Assembly (NCBI RefSeq): GCF_006345805.1 | Contig: NC_043006.1 | Span: forward strand, 103,974,001-104,038,000 | Reading direction: 5' to 3' | Origin: Octopus sinensis | Taxonomy: Eukaryota | DNA length: 64,000 nt | Shown here: in pieces, positions 1-11,748 of the stretch | How the letters are laid out: every line of letters starts with the position of its first letter | How positions within the stretch are numbered: position 1 is the first letter of the stretch | Position numbers and translations under genes: made by a program | Notes under the pieces: generated by a model | Database searches by the model: none | Told to the model about the DNA's origin: nothing | The model's input: only the letters and a program-made list of their open reading frames with translations

Positions 1-149
1 TTCGTGGACGTAAAAGAATGACCAGCTCGGCCATTCAGAAGCACGTCCGATGAACCGGACGCATTTTCGCCTCCACGAAACTATAAGTAACTTGGGGGGT
101 TATCTCAACCCATTATTCAATATATATATATACATATAATTATATATAT

Positions 150-214
<65 letters not shown>

Positions 215-444
215 AAGAAAAAAGCAACAAAAATGGATCAGTATTTCGGTACAATTGTTCATACGAAGACAAGCTTAATTAAGGCTGCAAATATTGCAGC
301 AAATACAAGTGGCCCGTACTCATCAGCCGAAAACACATCTGAGTTCTCCAAACATCTAAGGGGGTGAGGCTACACTCCTGAAACATCAGGGATAGTTCTA
401 TAAAAATCAGATTTAATTGCTTTTACTATATATATATATTATAT

Positions 445-477
<33 letters not shown>

Positions 478-735
478 TATATATTATATATATATATATA
501 TAATATATATATATATATATACATATATACATATATATATCTGTAAAATAATATGTGACAATTATTCGGTAGCCAAGATAAAACTCTGAGTTTCAGATAC
601 CGAGGTGGAAATCCACAACACCATCTCGGCATCCGAAACTCAGAGTTTGACACATATTATTTTACAGATAAGTTTCCTCTATTGACATAATATTGAGGTC
701 TCTTTCTTTCTTTTGCTATCTTACCGTTTTTACCA

Positions 736-789
<54 letters not shown>

Positions 790-1734
790 ACGTAGGTGTG
801 TGTATCATAGTAGCGTTGACTGGAGACGAACAATGAAACGAGAATAAAATTGGTTGCGATATTAGTATGACTAACTAAATATCAACTGATGTTCTATTGA
901 TGTATTTGTAACAGCTTCTTGTTAGGATTACAACGAGAGTAACTAAGTAATATTGCGTACCAGACAAAGACATAAAGCAACAACAGCAGCAACAACAACA
1001 GTAGCCTCGATGACAACAACTTCGATGACGGCAAACAATTGCAACATCAAACAGGAAAGTACATAATAAGCAAAACAGTTGGAAAAAATATATTGCAATA
1101 AAAAAGAACCACCCGACAGACACTCACATGAACAAACACACACATGCCTACACTCGAGCGCGCACTTGAAAAAGTTTCTCGCGGTTTTCGCTTACTAGTT
1201 TCACTCATAATCACTGACCCGTATAAATATACATACATACATGATGGCTGTCCCCTCGTTATCGAGTATGGCCATTTCACGAAGCTTAACTGTTATTGGT
1301 GCTGTGATCGAATGTGAATTTTATTTGCTTTTTAAGGCTACGGCCAGCCATTCAGTTGAGACTCACAGCACCATCAACAATCATGAACAATGTTGTTATC
1401 GTGCAATGCCTGTGTAAGAGGATTTTTTTGAAAGCGAGGAAAGGCTGTGCACTGAGTCAATCCCACTCACTAAGCAACGGGAGCCATAATCCGAAAAGAA
1501 GAACAAGTCAACATCATCGGTAACCACTGAGCTGCAGGTTTTATGTCGGAGTTATCCTAGTTACCTGAGTTACCTTCTCCTAGAAGGATACCCTGACAAA
1601 GGCTAGGAGTCCTTCACTCCCAATGGTTTAACCGAACGTAAACATAACAGTGACAGGATGTTGTCTCAGTTTTAGACGCAGCAAATTATTTTAGCTAAAT
1701 AGAGGCAATCGAAAAATTAAACTACGTTAAACTT

Positions 1735-1870
1735 ACAAATTACAATCTTCTCAAGAAAGCCAAGAGAAAAAAATGTTTTATTTCGACACATTCTACCAGT
1801 ATACAAAGTTTAAAAGTGTTTAGTTAACTAGAAATTGGGTTGAAAACTGCCGTTCAAAAGGAAAAGATTC
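1735..1870 (-). mobile_element. Truncated, diverged copy of the GGATC-ended MITE
   Basis: AAAGCCAAGAGAAAAAAATGTTTTA..CATTCTACCAGTATACAAAGTTTAAAA..AAAACTGCCGTTCAAA matches one end of the family. Confidence 0.8.
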
Positions 1871-2499
1871 AAATCTACACCTGTTTTTATTCATTTTCTA
1901 CCATTTTTAGAGCAAAATTTATAAATTATCTTCCACAACAAGTTAGCTTACACTCTCCACTTAGGTGGGCGCTAGGCATAAGTACTTAAAAGAGGGTGGG
2001 GGCGCTACAAACAAACAAAAAAGGTCAAGAACCACTGACCGAAATATACGTTAATGTGATAATTAACTCTTAATATGAAAACATTTCTAATCACAACTTA
2101 AAGCCGGCCTAGATTTTTATTCTTTATCATTCAAATACTTAATCAATATTATTTACATTTTGGTCAATTCTGTTTTATGTATTCCAATTTTTTTCTGTAA
2201 GCACATGATACGATCGTTATTATTATGTATTATTATCAAGCATAGCTTTTATAAAATCAGAAAAAACAAATCTTAAATACTCTGAAAAACATGTTGACAA
2301 AAATCAATTGGATATGACCTTAGATCGTATCTAGAAGTTCCACCCCGGGTAAAATATCATGTAAGTACCCGAGCCACAGTACATTGAAATGATGAAATGC
2401 AGCATAATGGATACGAACTAAAAGGACATTATCGAAACGATGGTCGTTCGAACACCCTGTGTGCGTATGCATTGATCCCAGTACTCTGCTTTAAAGCCT

Positions 2500-2790
2500 G
2501 ATTTTTATTCTATTGGTCCAGTTTGCTGAACTGCCAAGTTACAGGGAAGTAAACACACTATCACCGGATGTCATGCGGTGGTGAGGGACAAACGAGACAC
2601 AAACGCAGACACAAACACACACACGACGAGCTTCTTTCAGTTTCCATCAACCAAATCCACTCTCAAGGCTTTGGTCGGCCTGAGGCTTTAGTAGAAGACA
2701 CTTTGCCCGAGGTGCCACGCAGTGGGACTGAACCCGGAACATTGTGGTTGGGAAACAAGCTTCTTATCACCCATGCCACGCCTGCGCCTA
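2500..2790 (-). mobile_element. SINE family A
   Basis: Matches the family A head and body in reverse orientation. Confidence 0.85.
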
Positions 2791-3777
2791 GATATATATT
2801 AACGGAATACTTTTACAAGTATTGTTAAAGAGAAATACAAGTACACTTATCTTACGACAGAAAAGCAATTCACAGGAGTTTCGTTTATGTTAGCGGTTCG
2901 TCAAATACGAAACCGATGGAATAAGTAACAAACTTAATAAATACCCGGGTCAATTTGATCGATTAAACGGTTAAAAGAACAAAAATAAAACCCACTTTCG
3001 AAGGAACTCGGTGCTACAACATAGCCTGAGTCAAATGAAAGAGATAAAAGAAAGCAAAAGAATAAGAATAAAATAAAAAATGAGAATAATTACGATTTAA
3101 ATCCAGAAGTAAATTAAAACTAATTATGAGCTTTAATATAATTACAATTATCATTACTGCTAACACCTTAGCCTCAAAGCAAACGCATATTTGTGCATAA
3201 CGACGGTGAAGCATTTTAATTTTTTTTTTTTACTACAGTATTTAATAAAATTATTTAATTTATCAAATAACATCTCACTGTTACATACGAGAAAGAGATA
3301 AATTTAATGCAATATGGGGTAATATGAACTATCTCCAGCTTTGATAATATGTACATATATTTTCTTTCAATACTATTTTGTCTAAAATAATGACGAATTA
3401 TTATTGGATAAAAGCTTACACTAATGAGAAAACGTTTACGATATCACAATTAATTCATTCAGTAATTCAGTTCGGTATATCCTACAAAATTTCAATATGG
3501 TGGCTTGAACATAGATTGAACATACATTATGATAACGAGGGACTGGCAGGGAACTGGCAGAATCGCTAGAGCGTTCGATAAAAATGTCTAGCAGTATTTG
3601 TTCTCACCCTGAGTTCCTGAGTTCAAATCTTGCCGTGGTCTACTTGCCCTTCATCCTATCGAAAGATAGCATTAAGGCAAGGCTTTCAAAGTCGATAGAG
3701 AAGAGAACTTAACGCAGAAACAGAACGAAATGCTTTGATTCAACCGTAAAAATATTATAACACAAATAATAACAGGA

Positions 3778-4010
3778 CTGGCTGTGTGGTAAGTAGCTTG
3801 CTTACCAACCACATGGTTCCGGGTTCAGTCCCTCTGCGTGGAACCTTGGGCAACTGCCTTCTACTACAGCCTCAGGCTGACCAAAGCCTTGTGAGTGGAT
3901 TTGATAGACGGAAACTGAAAGAAGCCCGTCTTATAAATATATATATATATATATATATGTTTGTGTCATGGCCGCAGTCAAACGACTGAAACAAATAAAC
4001 GAATAAAAGA
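3778..4010 (+). mobile_element. SINE family A with 3' deletion
   Basis: Family A head and body joined to the terminal GGCCGCAGTCAAACGACTGAAAC. Confidence 0.85.
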
Positions 4011-4071
4011 ACCCATATATACATGCTGAGCTATCTATTACTCATGTATAACTCATATATATATATATATA

Positions 4072-4354
4072 TTTACATACAATATTTAGAGGAATGACCA
4101 CTAATAGTGGACAGCCTGTATGCAAGATATAGATGTCAAAATCGTTATTTTCCACGGAGAATGTGTTCTCAAGAAAAAAATTCAGCAAAAAACCAAAGTG
4201 TAAAAAATAAGCAAGACAAACCAAGACACTTTGGTTTTTTGCTGAATTTTCTCTTGAGAACACATTCTCCGAGGAAAATGGTGATTTTGATGTCTATATC
4301 TAGCATACAGGCTGTCCACTTTTAGTGGTCAATCCTCTAAATTTTGTATGTAAA
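4072..4354. repeat. Fold-back element with about 130-bp inverted arms and an about 23-nt loop
   Basis: TTTACATACAATATTTAGAGGAATGACCACTAA..CAGCAAAAAACCAAAGTGT is mirrored by ACACTTTGGTTTTTTGCTG..TAGTGGTCAATCCTCTAAATTTTGTATGTAAA. Confidence 0.93.
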
Positions 4355-4747
4355 AAATTTTTAATCTTCGGATTAAAAAAAAAATATGCTAGGCCACTGG
4401 TTTTAATTGATTAATATCAATTTCTACCCTTATTTAATTATATGTATATATGTATATATATATATATATATACTGTTCATTCTCTCCCTCCCTCTCTCTC
4501 TCTATATATAGTGTGTGTTTGTGTATTATACAAATATATACGTTTATGTCATGTATATAACGTGCGTGCGCACGAATGTCATCACCTCCTTTGGAACTGA
4601 TGACAGATGACTGTCAAGCTTACACATGATGAAAGTTACACTGTTTCACTTGACAGACTCAGCGTGACCTTGCATCTCAGCAACGGCGGCCTTTTAGATT
4701 TGAATAAGACGCACAGGCTAATATAATCTCTCTGTCTCTCTCTCTCC

Positions 4748-4779
<32 letters not shown>

Positions 4780-6032
4780 TTCTTATTCTCTCTCTACATT
4801 TGTTTATCATAGACAGACAGAGTCTTTTGTGGACACGAGTATGCGTATGTGTCTATAGCAGGCACCGTATGGCCAAAGAGTTAGGAAGTTCGCTTCGCAA
4901 CTCCGAGATTCCGGATTCGATCTCATTGCTCAGCATGTTGGTCTAAGGTCATTTACTGCAGCCTTGGATTGGATCGAACCATACATTGTAAGTGAAATTA
5001 GAAGGATGGAAACTGTAAAGAAGCCTTTAGATAGACAATACCTGAGATTCAAAAGGGTACAGTTTTATCGCACACCGTGGTCATGCTGCTTCTGTGTATG
5101 CGTGTGTGTGTGTCCGTGTGTGTGTGTGTGTGTGTGTGTGTGCATTTATCTCTATCACTGTATAATACTGTTATTCTAATTGGTTAGCTGATGACATAGT
5201 TTTTTGGTAAACCCTCGTTTTAAGGTCTCGGGTCTTCAGGCTTTCCACTATCAGTCACTGTTGCCCTGAAAACCGTCATGGGGTTTCTGCCCCTCTCCTC
5301 TAACTAAGATCTCACCACTAACTCCCTAAAAGGCAAAACAAACGAAAAATATCTGGAAGATTTCAAGGCGTCAGTATGGCTGTTGTGGTTACCAAGTGGC
5401 AACCAAGTGGTTAGGGGTTCAGTCCCAATAGGTCGCATCTTGAGGAAGTGTCTTTTCCTATAGCTCCGGGCCAACCAATGCCTTAATAAGGAATTTGGTA
5501 GTCAGAAACTGTGTGGATGTCCGTCGTATGTATATAACAAGGCGGATTTCGATTATATCCCAGACATCTGGGAACCTGTTGCTACTACTCTAATCCGATC
5601 CGGCATGTCACATGTCACCAATCCCAGACACAGATAGTGAAGGCCGGTGTCCAATTGCGCCGGCCTTCTTCTGATCGCTAAACATGGTCCACGCTAAATA
5701 AAATCAGGCGAAGGTGGACTGTTACTTGAACAACGAGCCTCTCCTTTCCTATGAACAGGCTCCATCACTGGTTACACGTCTACAACCCGGATACGACTGA
5801 AGGCCAACAACGATATATAAATATATTTGTGTACGTGTGTGTGTGTCTGTGTGTAAAGAGAGAAGACAGAAGGACGTCCGGTTGGATAAGTCTGTATGTC
5901 GTAGAAGCAAGTTTAATTAGGTGTTTCGAGATTGTCTGATCGTCAGGAAGGATAAAAAGACAAAAAGTCGAATATTATAAAATTGTGATAATGTTGTCGG
6001 TTGCTAATCTCTGTTTACATAGCTCACTGACT

Positions 6033-6148
6033 GTGTGTGCGTGTGTCTGTCTATGAGTGTATATGTGCGATTGTGTGTGCGTGTCTGTCTATGAGTGTAT
6101 ATGTGCGATTGTGTGTGCGTGTCTGTCTATGAGTGTATATGTGCGATT
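6033..6148. repeat. Minisatellite, 38-bp unit x3
   Basis: GTGTGTGCGTGTCTGTCTATGAGTGTATATGTGCGATT repeated three times. Confidence 0.9.
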
Positions 6149-6257
6149 GTCTTTATGAATTTACGTGGTGTATGAATTTGTGTATATATGCTCAGATGTT
6201 TTATGCATGTTTATGTATGCGTACGTAGGTGTGTGTGTGTGTGTGAGAGAGAGAGAA

Positions 6258-6292
<35 letters not shown>

Positions 6293-6483
6293 TGAAAACA
6301 ATGTAGAAAATAATCTACACTGGAAACGTAAACATACGAGTGACAAACACTCACATATACAGCAATATATTTACATATACACATACATATACACACACAC
6401 AAACACATTTACAAATCTCTCTCGCTCTCTCTATCTCTCTATCTATCTACCTATCTATATATATATATATATATATATACATT

Positions 6484-6515
<32 letters not shown>

Positions 6516-6613
6516 CATATTTATGCATGCATGTATATATATATATATGTATATATATATTTATATATATATATGTATGTATATATATATTTGTATATAT
6601 ACGTGTATGTATG

Positions 6614-6649
<36 letters not shown>

Positions 6650-7599
6650 CGAATAAGGAAAAAGAAATATGTACGCTTGTTTGGATATTTTTATACATTG
6701 CATGTATGTAGCTAAGTGTGTGTGTGTGTGTACGCGCGCACGTTTCCGTTTCTATATTTTAATATGCATAACGTGCATATATGTAGACATTTATCTACAT
6801 GTGTTTACTCGCGTGTGTGTGAGCGCGCGCGCGAATGAGTATTAAAAGCAATGTAGGTTACGAAGTTAATCGCATATATTCAACGTCAGGTCAAGAATTT
6901 CCTGTTTTCCGTATCATATAACAATGTTGTCATCTTAATGCATGTTTGTGTGTGTGCACACGTGTGTGTTTATATATATATATATAATATATATATATAT
7001 AAATTAATAAATATATATAAATTAATAATATATAAATTAATAAATAAATAAAACATATGCATATATACATACACATATGTACGTACACCAAAAAAACGTC
7101 GAACACAATGAGAAACGAAAACATAAACACAAAACCAAGGAAATGGACATTTTTCTTAAACAACGAAAAAATAGAGTACAGGACATACAAAACAAGGAAA
7201 ATTCCCCTTCTTCAGTCGCCTCTGTTTCATCTACTCCGCGTTTTGAATTTTCCATGTGTTATATGTCCTGTACTCTATTTTAGTAAACTGCGTTAAAACA
7301 AAAGAAGAACATTTAATGCATCGCTACACGCGTTTCCACAAACCACATTTCTCTTAAGAGAACAAGACCGTATTCCTGGGATAATTATAGAAGAGTCCGT
7401 AGTATCCGTGGAATCGGGTTGATCATGCTCATGGATTCATTTCTTCAGCCGTTATAACATTAGTAGATGTACAACAGAAGGATGTTTACCCATTTTTACC
7501 ATTATGAAGGCTAAGCGAGTTACACATGTTCCACAAACCTGTCGTCAGGCTTTGGCGATTCTTGAAATAAGCTTTCACAATTAGAAATTGCATGGAGCC

Positions 7600-7790
7600 T
7601 GTATTCTGAGGGAGGGGCTAAGTCGATTATATTGACCCCAGCATTTCACTGGTACTTATTTCTTCGATGCCGAAAGGATGATACGCAAAATCAACCTCAG
7701 CAGAATTTAAACTCAGAACGTAAAGACGGACGAAATGCCGCTAAACATTTTGCTTGGCGTGTTAACGGATCTGCCAGATCACTGCTTAGA
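7600..7790 (-). mobile_element. SINE family B, diverged
   Basis: Reverse-complement match to family B. Confidence 0.8.
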
Positions 7791-7979
7791 AATCTTTTAA
7801 GTATAATATATGTACCTCCTCACGAATGAGCCGAGTACTTCCTTTTGTTTGTCCATACGGTCTCCCCCCTCTCTCTATCTCTCTCTCTTTCTTTCTCTCT
7901 CTCTCTCTCTCTTTATCTCTCTATCTATCTATCTATCTATCTATATATATATATATATATTATATATATATATATATAT

Positions 7980-8282
7980 ATCACCGTAATAACCGTGACC
8001 GACCAGGCTATCAGATGTTGCTGCACATCGCGGGTCACAAAGCGTTACGCATTGTTTTAGCCTTCAAACGACGCCACCCCGCTGGCTAAGCGAGATGGTC
8101 AATAGAAGGAAGAGTGAGAGACAGTTGTGGCGAAAGAGTACTGCGGGGATCGCCACCACCCCATGCCGGAGCATCGAGGACCTTTAGGTGTTATCGGCCA
8201 ATAAACACTCACAAAGCCCGGTCCGGGAATCGAAACCACGACCGTGAGTCCGCTGCCCTAACCAGTGGGCCATTGCGCCTTC
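7980..8282 (-). mobile_element. tRNA-headed SINE family D
   Basis: tRNA-like head at about 8220-8282 on the minus strand. The 3' part CACCGT..GACCAGGCTATCAGATGTTGCT..GCTGGCTAAGCGAG recurs at 59842-59965. Confidence 0.7.
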
Positions 8283-8306
8283 ACACACACACACACACAC
8301 ACACAC

Positions 8307-8369
<63 letters not shown>

Positions 8370-8386
8370 AGGTAAGTGAGAGAATA

Positions 8387-8478
<92 letters not shown>

Positions 8479-9188
8479 ATAGATAGATGTGTGTGAGAGG
8501 AAGAGTGTGTTTACTCAGGATGAAAAACGTCAATTAGCGTTGTATGAAGCTGTAATTGTGCTAGTCTCAACACATTTTATATATCCATAGACGTCGACAT
8601 GATATCAAAGTAAATCAATTTAGTTAAATGAAGCCTGTTATTCTCATGATTTATTTAAAAGGTGAAGAAAAAAAAGCGACACATCCTTATGGCGATATCA
8701 TCGGTTCAGAAAATTAGGAGCAAATATAACAGTTTTTATAACTTAATAGTCAATATATATCTAAAGACTTGATTTATTTCATCTGCCATAAGTAGTTTGC
8801 AAACTACGTCATCGAATTTTCTCAATATTTACTTCGATTTAATGTTGCGTAAATATCATAAATCTCGGTGAGCAGACGACGCGATATCAGATCAGCCATT
8901 TTATAAAACGACAAATTTCTATTTAATTGGCTTCGAGGTGAGTTCGTTAAATTTAATTATCACATTTCTTTAAGTTCTACTTAGGAATTCTATCAGTGAA
9001 TTTTCTATCAATAATAATTTGCAGGATGTAGTCTTTGTAATAGATCGAATATATCTTATTTTCTTATTTTCCTTGCCTGATTGATCGCATCAATGATCAT
9101 CACATCTACATTTTTCCCCGTCTCTATGCATGTGTACATATATACATACAGTTATGTGTGTGTGCATATATACATACAAAAATAAGTA

Positions 9189-9223
<35 letters not shown>

Positions 9224-9335
9224 ATATATATACACACACACATGTACCATCACATTTTCATTTTTTCTAGTCTTTATGCATCTGTACATATATATATATA
9301 TATAATATACATATGTGTGTATATAAATATAGGAG

Positions 9336-9403
<68 letters not shown>

Positions 9404-9734
9404 AGCATATACATGTACACACGTTATCTATATCTATCTCTTTACCTCTGTTTCTTTCTCTATATATGTGTGTGAGTGTGGTGTGTGTGTGTGTTTGTGT
9501 TACATGTATGTGTTAATAGACACACGCGTGCGATATTCTAGGTAAACTATGCGAGCTCCGAACAACCGCCAAAAAGAGTAAATTTTCTTCGTAATAAATT
9601 TCATCTTTGATGCTTCGTGATATAAATCCGATGGTAATTTGTTTCTAAACTTAATAATGCACACACAAAAACAAAGAGTACATACATATGTGTGTGTATA
9701 TTTATGTATGTATGTATGTATGTATGTATGTATG

Positions 9735-9768
<34 letters not shown>

Positions 9769-10076
9769 CGATGTTTGTATCTATGCACTTTAAAGTAATA
9801 GTTATGCTGAATTACCAGGGTCCACGTGGGGGCACTCCACATTAGGAACATATATGTCTATACAACATCTATGCATCCACGCATCCACACGTATACACAT
9901 GCATAATTTACCGTTCCGCTAAGGCAGGATCAAGAAAAAATACACTATCCAATGAGAGATAACTATTACTTAAAGTACACTATAGTAAAGTGGGAGATAG
10001 TCAGAGTTTCTTGCCAGTTGGACACGTAGTTAGGCAGATTTTTATGATGTGCTTTAAGATTGCTTGATGGCATATA

Positions 10077-10231
10077 CAGGAGTGGCTGTGTGGTAAGAAG
10101 TTTGCTTCCCAACCACATGGTTCCGGTTTCAGTCTCACTGCGTGGCACCTTCGGTAAGTGCCTTCTGATACAGCCTCAGGCGGACCAAATGATTGTGGTT
10201 GGATTTGGTAGACGGAAACTGAAGAAGCCAG

Positions 10232-10267
<36 letters not shown>

Positions 10268-10464
10268 CCACTACACACATTTTTTCTCTCCTTGTTTCTC
10301 TCCTTGTTTCTCTCCTTGTTTTTTCTGTGTCCCTTTCTGTAGAATAGCGTAGGCTCGAAACGTAAAAGACATTTTCTATTCCTGAGCGTTATACTAATAC
10401 ATCTGTTTGTTTTTATACATCACCTGCCTTCGTCTTTTGGTTTTTTTTTTTCGTAAACTCTCCC

Positions 10465-10495
<31 letters not shown>

Positions 10496-10775
10496 TTATA
10501 TATATAATATATATATATATTTATATTATATATATATATATATACGTGTGCGTATGTATGTGTATGTGTATTTGTGTCTGTGCTTGTTTCTCAACATCGC
10601 CTGACAACCGATGCTGGTGTGTTTATGTCCCCGTAACTTAATGGTTCGGCAAAAGAGACTGATAGAATAAGCACAAGGCTTCCAAACAATAAGTCCTGGG
10701 GTCGCTTTGTTTGACAACAGGCGCTGCACCACCATGGCTGCAGTCAAATGACGGAAACAAGTAAAACAATAAAAG
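10077..10775 (+). mobile_element. SINE family A split by a Penelope-like insert in its (TA)n
   Basis: Head and body 10077-10235; 3' half about 10560-10775. Confidence 0.85.
10265..10450 (+). mobile_element. Penelope-like terminal-repeat remnant with a minimal hammerhead-like motif
   Basis: About 170-bp repeat flanked by (TA)n, with a reverse-complement copy at about 58545-58700. Motif at 10333-10368. Confidence 0.65.
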
Positions 10776-11509
10776 AATATACATATATTTATGTATACAT
10801 ATATTAATAGATATGTATGTATAAACCTATGAATATACACCCACAAACCTATATATGTATGGGCGCACAAGCGTGTGAACAGTAGAATCCCGCTGGAGTG
10901 AATATAAAACTTCACAAAATCTTAGTCTTCAGCTTCAAGTTCTAGCGGTCTTTCGATTTTTCGGCAAAGCAAAAGAGAAACAGGTCGAACGAAGAAACAT
11001 ATACACACGTGTGTGTGTGTGTGTGTGTGTATGTGTGTGTGTACCCAAATATATACACATAGATATATAGATATACATATGCACCTACATTCGCACAGAT
11101 TCACCCACACATACTTATGAAATATAAAGCCGACGAATATATACGTTAACAATAAAAACTTTTGATTTGGGTGGAGCATGTAGTAGTTATGGCGATAAAA
11201 TGATATTATCTCTGGCCGGGTGTTTATGATACAATTCCTATAGAAACAATATATTTATTTTGTATTGAATAATACTGTTACACGCCTCAACCAAAACAAA
11301 ACAGGTCCTATTGTTAACGTATATAACATCGTTTTCCATGTTTTTATATCTTATATAGATGTAAGATCGGTGGACTAGTTTCTTTTATTACGGCTGAATC
11401 GGTGAAGCGTAAAACTCAGCGTCCAAGTGTAGGAAGATTTTGATTAAAATGTATTTTGAATGTGAATGTGTGTGAGTGTGTAGTAAGTGCTCCCAAACAC
11501 ACACACACA

Positions 11510-11564
<55 letters not shown>

Positions 11565-11601
11565 CCCACTATTTATCTATCAATCTTCATATGTATGTAG
11601 G

Positions 11602-11637
<36 letters not shown>

Positions 11638-11717
11638 CAGATTGATGGATAGATAGATAGATAAATAGATTAGATAGATTGATAGATAGATAGATAGGTA
11701 GATAGATAGATAGGTAA

Positions 11718-11748
<31 letters not shown>

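Noticed and set aside
1960-2040. hAT/Charlie-like end AAAAGGTCAAGAACCACTG
   Set aside because: No matching left TIR or TSD found.
5639-5668. GC-rich hairpin GAAGGCCGG..CCGGCCTTC as a terminator
   Set aside because: Eukaryotic context, and it lies in an unclassified insert within a SINE; function is unsupported.
6033-6148. Short direct-repeat arrays as CRISPR
   Set aside because: Contiguous tandem units with no unique spacers, no cas genes, and eukaryotic context.
6165-6715. Long YI/IY, CV, TH and LSIY ORFs here and throughout the ORF track
   Set aside because: They are translations of (TA)n, (CA)n, (GTAT)n and (GATA)n microsatellites.
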